The notes under the pieces are model-generated. The model was not told the DNA's origin, made no database searches, and saw only the letters and a list, made by a program, of their open reading frames with translations. A DNA stretch of 45,217 nucleotides from Halocafeteria seosinensis (taxonomy: Eukaryota), in contig LVLI01000661.1 of assembly GCA_001687465.1 (NCBI GenBank), positions 1-45,217 on the forward strand. The letters run 5' to 3'. Position 1 is the first letter of the stretch. Each line of letters opens with the position of its first letter. Positions 35,392-43,780 of the stretch are shown in pieces. The position numbers and the translations under genes are program-made.

Positions 35392-37779
35392 TTAGGAGGA
35401 GTGGGTCCCCGCCCCACTGTTTTTAGTTTTTGACAGGACCATCTGGTCTACTGAAGCAGCCCATCCGGAATACTTGCGGTTACAAAAATTGTATATGTGT
35501 ACAAGGTACATTGTCTCAATCATTTCTTCTAGAGCCACCGTGTAATCCCTCTGTTCTCGAAAGCATTGTTGCATCATGGAACTGTGCCGTGGTTCTTCCC
35601 TGCCTGAATCAATTCTATCTGCATTGCTAGTGATGGGACCACACACCATGCTGTGAAATCTTGCATGAAATAACTCATCCTTCCCACTAAGAAACGTTCT
35701 TACGCAGTGACGACGACATGCTTTTACCAGATTTTTCCACAAAGGAATGTCGTGCTCCAGATCGAGTTTTGGCAACTTCCGAAGCCTTTCCTTGTTTACA
35801 TCGAAAACGATCAATCCACCGTCTTCAATACCAGTAGACTTCATCTTGGCAGCGTACAAAGCGTAATTGAGATTAGTTGTCGTGTAAAAGCCCCGTGAAA
35901 AATCGCTCGAGGAGTTATCCTGAACGTTGATTCCATCCCGCACAATTGAGTTTGCTGAAGAAATGCTTGTCCCATGATAGAGGCGAACACAATTTTCCGC
36001 TGCTTCCGGGAGACAAGCCATATAGTTATCAATCTTCCACTCGTTGTTGCTTCTAGGAAAGGCAGTTTTCAGATCACATGTGAATACATCGATAGAACGA
36101 TTATCGTTCAGCCGAAATGACACGTGGCCATTGCTTTGACGTCGTATTTCGTCCCCCAGCAACACTTCGTGAGGACTATGAATACCAGCGTAACTCCTCA
36201 AAAAAGACGATAAGCTCATACCAAAATATCCAAGTTTTTCGAATAAGAAATGGCAACGACGGACTTGCCATGGTAGTTCTTCCACTCTGAAATGTGAAAC
36301 TTGTTCAGCGAAGTTATGGATGGCAGTTCGGCACAACTGCACCGTAGAAAAAGGCACGTCGAATGATTCACAATCCCGTTTTTTCCTAAGAACATTTTCA
36401 CGATAGTTAGCAGGCATCCATGCCAACTGCTGCAACGCAGGGCACAGTGAAAAAGCTCGGCTTATCCCTTTTTGAATGTTCTCCGCACAAATACCGTCGA
36501 TGAGTTCCGGACTCAATAAAAGTCCTTTTTCAAATTCCTTCAAAGCAGCATCGTAGTTTCCATTGTCGTACGTATCAATCCCCATAGCGAAAGCGGCCAC
36601 GCATGAATTTCTCGGATCTTCATCCATTTCTTCCCTTACATCCTCCATCTCTGTGGGAGGATTTGTCACGTGAGTAGTCGCGCTCCCTGTCTCAATGGGA
36701 TCTACGTCAATATCAAACCCAGCAAGCCGTTTACTTGTGATACATCCTGGGACATCGATACAATGCATCGAGGAAGAGGAAATAGCAGGTTGAGTAAACA
36801 CATGAGAAAAAGGGCATATCTCATAAAATTGCCGAATGCATGTTCCATTTCGATGATCCCAGCAAATTCGCTCAAAGCGGTCAGGATGTGCTTGGATCTG
36901 TTTCCGCATATGCCGAACGATACGCGTTATTGTAGTTTTTCGTTGCTCGTCGTCGGAAATTGGACGCCATAGCTGAAACGGTGCCCAGGGTTCGTTACAC
37001 ATCGGACAGGTGAATTTTTGGGCAAATTCTGCCAAAGACTTCACTTTTTGTTGCACCCCCAAGCAGCCACGCATCCAAGTTTGTAGGCAGTGGATATGGA
37101 ACACGTGTGAACAACACAAAGAAGCAGCCAAACGACACTCCTTTAAATCGTGTGGGTCGTTTAATAAACTTTCACAAATGGCGCAATTCGTTGCTATCGA
37201 CGTCGTATCATGACCCGTTACGACCCACTTTCCTTTCATCCAAGTAGCATGCCACTTGGGGCATCGTGAGCCTAGAATACATTTTTCAGCACCAAGTCGA
37301 TAACGCCCACACACTGCATGGTTGATCGGCACTGTAGCAGAATGCTTGCCACTGAGGCAGTCAGGGGAAGACTGAAATCGGCAACGGCCTTCTAAATAAA
37401 AGACACATTCCCCTCCTGCTAAATTATCTTCTTGCAAAAGGGCTCCACTGCATTCTAAACTTTTGTTGGTTGAGTATGTGTCCCCTTTCATTGATAGACT
37501 ATCCATTTCATTCTCGGGAAGGAAAACACTGCGTTCATCTATCGGTTTAAGAGGGATTTTGCTCAGATCCTTATTAGCACAAGTTGTGCACAATAATACA
37601 AGAGTCCGTCTCTCCCCCTTTCTTGTTAAATGTGCTGCGTAGACAGCGGGACGACTGCAATGGTCTGCATGGCAGGAAAAGGCGTTGTCCCCCGAACCAG
37701 CAAGTCTCAACAGCGTACTTGCGCTTTGATTTACTACACCGCTACTCTCAAATGATGTAGATGATTCGGCACTCGCCAT
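35392..37779 (-). CDS. Makorin-like CCCH-CCCH-RING-H2-CCCH protein with TPR and C-terminal DUF3990-like ADP-ribosyltransferase-fold domain (about 795 aa, intronless)
   Basis: CCCH fingers CVFYLEGRCRFQSSPDCLSGKH and CGRYRLGAEKCILGSRCPKWH; RING-H2 CAIC...CSHVFHIHCLQTW...CPMC; third finger CWDHRNGTCIRQFYEICPFSH; TPR AFAMGIDTYDNGNYDAALKEFEKGLLLSP; C-terminal LYHGTS...DFSRGFYTTTNLNYA...WKNLVKACR...MVCGPIT...QQCF. The start may instead be the upstream ATG at 37839. Confidence 0.8.
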   Translation of the reverse strand: MASAESSTSFESSGVVNQSASTLLRLAGSGDNAFSCHADHCSRPAVYAAHLTRKGERRTLVLLCTTCANKDLSKIPLKPIDERSVFLPENEMDSLSMKGDTYSTNKSLECSGALLQEDNLAGGECVFYLEGRCRFQSSPDCLSGKHSATVPINHAVCGRYRLGAEKCILGSRCPKWHATWMKGKWVVTGHDTTSIATNCAICESLLNDPHDLKECRLAASLCCSHVFHIHCLQTWMRGCLGVQQKVKSLAEFAQKFTCPMCNEPWAPFQLWRPISDDEQRKTTITRIVRHMRKQIQAHPDRFERICWDHRNGTCIRQFYEICPFSHVFTQPAISSSSMHCIDVPGCITSKRLAGFDIDVDPIETGSATTHVTNPPTEMEDVREEMDEDPRNSCVAAFAMGIDTYDNGNYDAALKEFEKGLLLSPELIDGICAENIQKGISRAFSLCPALQQLAWMPANYRENVLRKKRDCESFDVPFSTVQLCRTAIHNFAEQVSHFRVEELPWQVRRCHFLFEKLGYFGMSLSSFLRSYAGIHSPHEVLLGDEIRRQSNGHVSFRLNDNRSIDVFTCDLKTAFPRSNNEWKIDNYMACLPEAAENCVRLYHGTSISSANSIVRDGINVQDNSSSDFSRGFYTTTNLNYALYAAKMKSTGIEDGGLIVFDVNKERLRKLPKLDLEHDIPLWKNLVKACRRHCVRTFLSGKDELFHARFHSMVCGPITSNADRIDSGREEPRHSSMMQQCFREQRDYTVALEEMIETMYLVHIYNFCNRKYSGWAASVDQMVLSKTKNSGAGTHSS

Positions 37780-37970
37780 TGTATTATGAGGGATTGCGTC
37801 TATACAAAATGAACAATACCGGGTACAAGCATATGCCATCCATCTAGGGCTATCGCTGGCAGCCGGATGCAAAGAACCTTTGGAAACACGTTAATCGCGC
37901 TCATGCATGTAGTGTTTCCATGGAGACTCTATCAAGCTTTGTAGATTCTCACGAGTTCCGTGTTCCACAG

Positions 37971-38130
37971 GTTGGAGAAGTCCACGCTTCCGACCCTCTC
38001 CTTCCAGTACAACGGGAGGGTCCCGGAGGGGATCTCTTGTGAGACTTGTGGCAGTGTGTTTATAAGCCGCCGAACATTACGTAGACATTTGGCCAAAGAA
38101 CATGATGGTGAGGGTGGCTCCCGGTCAGTG
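37971..38130 (+). pseudogene. Orphan C2H2 zinc-finger fragment fused in frame to the copied NOC3 segment
   Basis: CETCGSVFISRRTLRRHLAKEH is a canonical C2H2 finger. It follows an acceptor-like ttccacag ending at 37970 and reads directly into YHDDDDDDDDKQEQG. Confidence 0.6.
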
Positions 38131-38278
38131 TACCATGATGATGATGATGATGATGATGATAAACAAGAACAAGGAAATGACAAGGATGCCATGGAAAAGA
38201 AACTGGAGGAATGGGAGAATCAGGCGAGGGGGTCGAGAATGGCAGAGTGCTGATGGAGCAGCGGCATCAGGGTTGCCC
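38131..38278 (+). repeat. Duplicated 148-bp fragment of the NOC3 coding sequence (source 31425-31580)
   Basis: taccatgatgat...aaacaagaacaaggaaatgacaaggatgcc...gcggcatcagggttgccc matches the NOC3 source apart from a 3-nt loss in the GAT tract and a 5-nt deletion (ccgag). Confidence 0.95.
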
Positions 38279-38437
38279 CCGGAGTAGGCTTGTAGTTACG
38301 CAGCCTAGCGACCGAGCAGCTAATTTCTCGGAATCCTTTTACGCTTGTTCACTCATTCAGAAGTTACCAGATGATAAAGCAACCTGCAGGTGCATCAGTC
38401 GTGATTACACTGTACAGTAGGTGGATGTGTTCAACGG
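38279..38437 (+). repeat. Direct repeat R, copy 2 (159 bp)
   Basis: Near-identical to 34707-34859 and directly abuts the NOC3-derived fragment. Confidence 0.95.
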
Positions 38438-39029
38438 TCATACGGGTTGTTCCGTATCCTACTCATTACTTTCAAAGCTAAATGTTGCAGACTATTGGAA
38501 ATCGTCTGACCGATAAACATACCATGGTAGCGTGTAAATTACTTGGAAACTTACTACTGTATTGTCGCTGCAATGCTGCGAGCTCACTAAGAATTGACAC
38601 TGCAGTTGCAAGTGCACGTTCTACTCCCATGTTATTCTCTACTGGAATACATATATCCACTTCCACTTTGCGTTTTCGAGTCGTGCCCCACCGAGCTACA
38701 ACAGATTCGTGATCGGAGGTTCATCATCGTGTCTTCAACAAAACGCCACTTCGCCGTCAGGAAGCCAGGATCTTCACAGCGACCTCCAAGAGGTAGCATG
38801 GTTAACTTTGTTAGAGTAGTAGTACGTTCTTTAACGTTGATACAATGCCAAACGTTCGCCCTGCCTTCTGTAGTTCATCAACATGCAACGCCCATGTATG
38901 GCATTGCATTGTATAGCGTGCAGTGTGCAGTCCAGCCAGTGGTCGGTCGCAGGATTGCTGCCGTTCACAAGCAAACCTACAAACATACACAAGACGACAA
39001 AAGAATAAGCATCAAAAGAAAGAGGAGAC

Positions 39030-41645
39030 ATGGAGGAATATTTGCGAATACGGGACAGACGGCCGCCGTACCCTCCATTGGACGGAGCACCATTGCTCCT
39101 CCGCAAAATCCTGCGGACGAGCCTCTACCACGAGGGGGAGACTTCCACGTTGACGACAGGTGCCGCCAGCGGCCAAAATGGTCACAACGCTGTGCGTGCA
39201 GCTGGTACCAACGACACAGACTTTTTGTTCGAAGAGGAGGAAGATGATGACTCATCGTCCACGGAAGGCGAACAAGAGGGAGACCAGGAAATGCTGAGTG
39301 ACTCCACGGTTTCCTTGAATGTGACTAACATCTGCGAAGCGGTGAAACAAACGGTGGATGGAGTCTGGGAGTACCCGGAAAGCTGGGATGCCTTTGCTTT
39401 GCTTGCTGAACGATTCCATAGGATAGGGAAATATGAGAGCAAGCATGATAATAGGATTGCGAGGAAGATCTCTATACTTCTTCTGTCAAGACTTGAGAGC
39501 AATTTCAACGAACAGATGGATGCAAGTTGCAGCGTGTCTTATCGGCGTTGGGCTCTCGTTAACTTCGCAGGGCAGTTGTATGTCAGGAGTGTATTCACTA
39601 CTGAAGACATGTCGACCCTATTGGATATGCTACTCGAGAGCTCGGAGAGGGATCGTGGATATCCAAATGACTATCTCGACTATGTCGTGCAACTGCTAGC
39701 TTCTATTCTACCGCCCTACACGAAAAACAACCCTCAAGGTACGGAGACTGTCCTGCGTCGCGTTAAAGAGAGATCCGATGAGATTTCCTCCGAGACGTAT
39801 TGTCAACACAGTGAGATGCTAAAAGAGGTTGACGTTGCAAATCTTCTTCTGAGGCAATCCTGCGAGAGCGCTGTCCCGTATGGGAACAATCCAAAGGACG
39901 TTCTCAAGACTTATCTTTGTTGGCTTCAAACTCACAGTGAAGTAAAGAAGTTGGAGGATGTAGCACTGTATTGGATGAACGTAGAATCCCACGGGTGTGT
40001 TCGAAGTCGTTCCAGGCACATTGAGGCAATCCCATGGAAACATATCCAAAGATCGGTTGTTTGTCGGTTGGAATGGCCTAGCCTGCTCTATGTTGGGGAG
40101 CACCCTTTTGAACTAGCATTATTGCAACAGCGACTTCCCAATTACTGTGGAGGACTCGGCGTCAGGGACGCACAGATAGATAGGATCGGCACCAGCTCCG
40201 ACAGGCACATAGTTGACTTTTCTTATCTGTCAAGAATTTCATCACTATCGCTTTTGTGTGAAAGCCGAGTGGGAAACAGACGACGATTCCATAATTTGGA
40301 CAACGCCTTCTACCATTTGAACAACCTGAAAAGGCTCGATCTCCTATGTTCGTCACATGACGGAGCCAATAACATCAGTGGCTACCTCTTCCGGTATCTG
40401 CCCCAACTGCGGGAACTACAGTTGAGTCCCGAGCGATCTGATTTTACTGCTACTTCGTTTCGATTTCTGACGAACTTGACTTCCTTAGATCTCAACGCAC
40501 GGTTCCGTGAAGACTTGTGTAACAAGGAAGGCTTTGCATATCTGAGCCATATCAAAGACTTGAAATTGCGACGGGTTCCCCAAGGACGAGCTTTGGCCGA
40601 ACTCCTCTCACAATTACCCAACCTCACATCCATAGATCTCCGAGACGACGAAGTGCATCCGTTACAGCCAGTTTCGTTTGCGCGTATGAGCAGCAATTTG
40701 AGAAGACTAAGGATACATCTCCAGGATGTCGAAGACGAATGGTTTGAAAACCTCAGTAATGTCACATACTTGGATATCAGGAAGTCTTCAGCGCGACTTA
40801 CAAGTGAGGCCTTCAGGCATTTGCCCTCTTTATCATGCTTGCATATGGAAGGATGTTCGCGGACAGTTATCGGTGACCGGGCGTTTGAGCATCTACCCCA
40901 GCTAAAAGAGCTAAACATTGGCCGCTGCAACCAACCTACTATAACCGACGAGGCTTTCGCTCACCTACCGTCAATGACGAAGGTACGCATGGACGGTTGT
41001 AAGCAGACCACCATAACGGATAACGCGTTTGTTCACCTCAAGCGAATTGTGGAGCTCAATGTATCTGACTGCGGTAACATAACCAATGGTGCATTTCAGC
41101 ACTTTACCAACTTGAAGGAGTTGGATATCACGGCATGTCACCAAAAGCACATAACGGATGAGGCATTCAAGTGTCTTCGCGCCGTCAAGCGAATGCGGAT
41201 GGGAGGATGCCATAGCACAAGCATAACAGATCAGGCATTCCGTCACCTTAGCAATATGACTAATTTATACATGAGCGAGTGCAACCAAACGACTATCACC
41301 GACGAGGCGTTTCGTCACTTAGGAGGTGTTCAATGCCTGGTCATGAATTCCTGCTATCAAACAACCATCACTGACGAAGCGTTTCGACACTTGTCCTCCG
41401 TTACAGAGCTCCACATGCAATGGTGTCGACAGCTGACGATCACGGACGCAGCCTTCAAGCACCTTTCCAATGTCGAAATCTTGGACGTTGAAAGATGCGA
41501 CCAAACAACGATAACGGGAGAAGCGTTTCAGCATCTGCCTAGAGTGCAGATGTTGAATCTACGGATGTGCAGGATCATGACTTCGCTGAGGGGTTCGAAC
41601 AGTTGCATGGCACTCCACCTTCCTGATGTCGACATTTACTATTGA
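39030..41645 (+). CDS. MIF4G-like helical domain plus leucine-rich-repeat protein (871 aa, intronless)
   Basis: The N-half has AFALLAERF...ILLLSRLESNF...RRWALVNFAGQLYVRSVF...LLDMLL...YLDYVVQLLASI, resembling the eIF4G MIF4G pattern. The C-half has several degenerate LRRs followed by 11 regular Cys-containing LRRs. Confidence 0.82.
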   Translation: MEEYLRIRDRRPPYPPLDGAPLLLRKILRTSLYHEGETSTLTTGAASGQNGHNAVRAAGTNDTDFLFEEEEDDDSSSTEGEQEGDQEMLSDSTVSLNVTNICEAVKQTVDGVWEYPESWDAFALLAERFHRIGKYESKHDNRIARKISILLLSRLESNFNEQMDASCSVSYRRWALVNFAGQLYVRSVFTTEDMSTLLDMLLESSERDRGYPNDYLDYVVQLLASILPPYTKNNPQGTETVLRRVKERSDEISSETYCQHSEMLKEVDVANLLLRQSCESAVPYGNNPKDVLKTYLCWLQTHSEVKKLEDVALYWMNVESHGCVRSRSRHIEAIPWKHIQRSVVCRLEWPSLLYVGEHPFELALLQQRLPNYCGGLGVRDAQIDRIGTSSDRHIVDFSYLSRISSLSLLCESRVGNRRRFHNLDNAFYHLNNLKRLDLLCSSHDGANNISGYLFRYLPQLRELQLSPERSDFTATSFRFLTNLTSLDLNARFREDLCNKEGFAYLSHIKDLKLRRVPQGRALAELLSQLPNLTSIDLRDDEVHPLQPVSFARMSSNLRRLRIHLQDVEDEWFENLSNVTYLDIRKSSARLTSEAFRHLPSLSCLHMEGCSRTVIGDRAFEHLPQLKELNIGRCNQPTITDEAFAHLPSMTKVRMDGCKQTTITDNAFVHLKRIVELNVSDCGNITNGAFQHFTNLKELDITACHQKHITDEAFKCLRAVKRMRMGGCHSTSITDQAFRHLSNMTNLYMSECNQTTITDEAFRHLGGVQCLVMNSCYQTTITDEAFRHLSSVTELHMQWCRQLTITDAAFKHLSNVEILDVERCDQTTITGEAFQHLPRVQMLNLRMCRIMTSLRGSNSCMALHLPDVDIYY
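40797..41570 (+). repeat. Tandem array of 11 LRR units, 24 aa / 72 nt period (one 22-aa unit)
   Basis: Consensus ITDEAFxHLxxVxxLxMxxCxQTT; the DNA motif ataac/atcac-ngacgaggc-ttt recurs. Confidence 0.9.
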
Positions 41646-41815
41646 TGCACCTGGATATACGTTACGCGAGACGAAATTGTTCCGTTGCTTTACGCTGGTT
41701 CACTTGATGCGCAAGTTATCAGGGGGACGTCGCCTAAACATCAGCATCAGTAGTTTCGTTCCTTATCGTCAGCTGAATGTGCTCAGCTGTCATACTGGAA
41801 GCGAGTCTTCGTATG

Positions 41816-42778
41816 CTACTCATAATCATCTAAGTTAAATGTTGCTGACAGCTGGAGATGATCTGACGGGTACTCGGCACTGGGGATGCCAGAAGGTCCC
41901 AACTCTTCTTTCGATGGCAGTTCGCTGCAAATTTGCACCTGCAGCTGTGACTTCTCGTAGAAAATGTAATCTATAATCCTCTTCACTTCTTTCACTTCTC
42001 CAGTGTCTACATCGTGGCGGAACTTCCACGTTGTGAATAATTGTCGTTCCGTAGCATATGCACTATCCAGCCTCATTCCCTCATTCGGCTCTTCTGATAG
42101 CATTTCTGTGTGAGGTGAGCTCCCGGAAACATCATTCATGTCACATCCGATGATCAACGGCGGCACGCGTGGAAGCTCCAGTTCCTCTGTCCAGTGCTTG
42201 CGTATTCGCGCCAACGCAGCTTTGAGTTGCTTGGCTTGCGCTAGTCTCTTACGCTCATTCTCTTGCCCCTCCTTGGCTTTAAAGTGCATGGAGCAAATCA
42301 TCACGTGCTGACCCTCAGCAGTGTGATTAGCTTGGAAGAGACCCACAAGACCTCGTTGAGCGTGGGGAGTCCTGTCGGGATCCTCATCATAAAAGGGTAT
42401 CCCCTCATGTCGTAGTATCGTCCACTCGCTAGCGTCGTATAGGATAGCACAGCCGTCACTGGGATACCCTAGAGCTTCCGTCGGAGAGGGCGTCTTAGCC
42501 TCGAACACGTACTTTACGAGGTGTCCTCCAATCTTCCCCGTCAAGGAATCAACACGGTTGACTTCCTGGAGCGTCGCAAAGTCGTACAGCAACATGGATC
42601 TCCCTGAGGCTGCCGGTACATGCAGACGTTCGGCTATCCGAGGCAGACGGCGCTCCCAATGTAATTCCTCCAGAGGACAGTATGCGAAAGAACCCGTCTG
42701 AGCGAGACCATCGGCCAAAATATTCCATTGTGCCACACGCACAAGACGACGGCGAGGAACTCCGCAACTTGCAGACAT
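41816..42778 (-). CDS. NOCT: Nocturnin-like EEP phosphatase (CCR4 family; NADP(H) 2'-phosphatase type)
   Basis: Motifs RVAQWNILADGL, LHWERR, LQEV, DGCAILY, HFKAK, IIGCDMN, FTTWKFR, IDYIFY and YPSDHL. The start ATG at 42778 is inferred. Confidence 0.85.
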   Translation of the reverse strand: MSASCGVPRRRLVRVAQWNILADGLAQTGSFAYCPLEELHWERRLPRIAERLHVPAASGRSMLLYDFATLQEVNRVDSLTGKIGGHLVKYVFEAKTPSPTEALGYPSDGCAILYDASEWTILRHEGIPFYDEDPDRTPHAQRGLVGLFQANHTAEGQHVMICSMHFKAKEGQENERKRLAQAKQLKAALARIRKHWTEELELPRVPPLIIGCDMNDVSGSSPHTEMLSEEPNEGMRLDSAYATERQLFTTWKFRHDVDTGEVKEVKRIIDYIFYEKSQLQVQICSELPSKEELGPSGIPSAEYPSDHLQLSATFNLDDYE

Positions 42779-43269
42779 TGGGAAAAATGAATAAACAAAT
42801 GCAGATTGTCGATGTTTTGGACGACGATAACAATACATGCAAGTTGCACTATGTTAAACTATCTATGAGTGTAACTCACTGCCGCAACAAGTCACGCTGG
42901 TCACCTCCGTACTTACCACAGTACAAAGCCTTCCTTGTGTCTCCCAGGCGATGAGCAACATAGACGAAAAAAACAGCAAAATCACCGGCTAGTAGTACGC
43001 GGGCAGTGCTTCTTTACATTTAACATTTGATTTACGGAACAGGAACGAGTCAATAGGGAGAATGCGTCCATACGTCCCGCTGCGTTCACTGAAGATCTTT
43101 CTCCAATGGCACCAGCTTCATGCCAAATTCACTGCTGTCTTCTGTACCTTTACCTGGCTGGAGGATTATGCTTATGTCTCCAGGTTGATTGATTGTATGC
43201 CACTCGTTATCCGGGATTACGTCGAGTATGCCTGCTTCGTGCCACTCGCCGTCATCTATTCGCATACCA

Positions 43270-43780
43270 TATATATATATATACCGGTATACCTATATAT
43301 AGTAGTCGTACCACTATTTGGACGCAGGAAACCTACCGGCTACTGTACACCACTAAAATGTCACCTATCCTCCCCATACTCCTTGCATCTTATGTATGAG
43401 CACGAAGATGCTGGACCGGTTCCGGGTTCCGTGGACTCCTCACACAGCGTAGAGAAGCCTGTAGCAGACACATCTTCCCAAGGGGTATAAGCGCGATGTG
43501 TTAGGGCGTGCGATGCGTTCGATCAGCGCTACCGTGTCCGCGATGGGCTCAGCTTGCGGATGTTCCGCATCTCCCTTGTTCCCCGGCGGGAGTCCGGTGC
43601 TTTCCCGGCAATTCTCTTGAGGAACTTGATTGCGTCTTCCCCAAAACCGCCCGTCGCCTCTATCGCGAACGGGATAATTTCCGTGTGGTGGTCCCTCAGG
43701 TGCCCGTATTTTGTCCCCTTCATCTTCTCCGCTTCTGGCGCCATGGTGAGCGTTGACCGGGGAAAGGATAAATCTCCCAA
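43270..43780 (-). mobile_element. 5'-truncated non-LTR retrotransposon remnant with restriction-like endonuclease (RLE) C-terminus (CRE/NeSL/R2-group)
   Basis: EAEKMKGTKYGHL...IIPFAIEATGGFGEDAIKFLKRIA matches the AExxKxxKY...FxPxAxETxGxxGxxAxxFL RLE motif. The segment is GC-rich next to an AT-rich flank and ends at a (TA)n tract near 43270-43300. Boundaries are approximate. Confidence 0.7.

Noticed and set aside
38594..39247. 217-aa ORF overlapping the start of the LRR gene, and the many antisense ORFs inside large genes
   Set aside because: Many have non-ATG starts and none has a recognisable domain; they are best explained as shadow ORFs.
40797..41570. CRISPR-like repeat/spacer periodicity
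   Set aside because: The period is an in-frame 72-nt coding LRR unit in a eukaryotic gene, and there are no cas genes.
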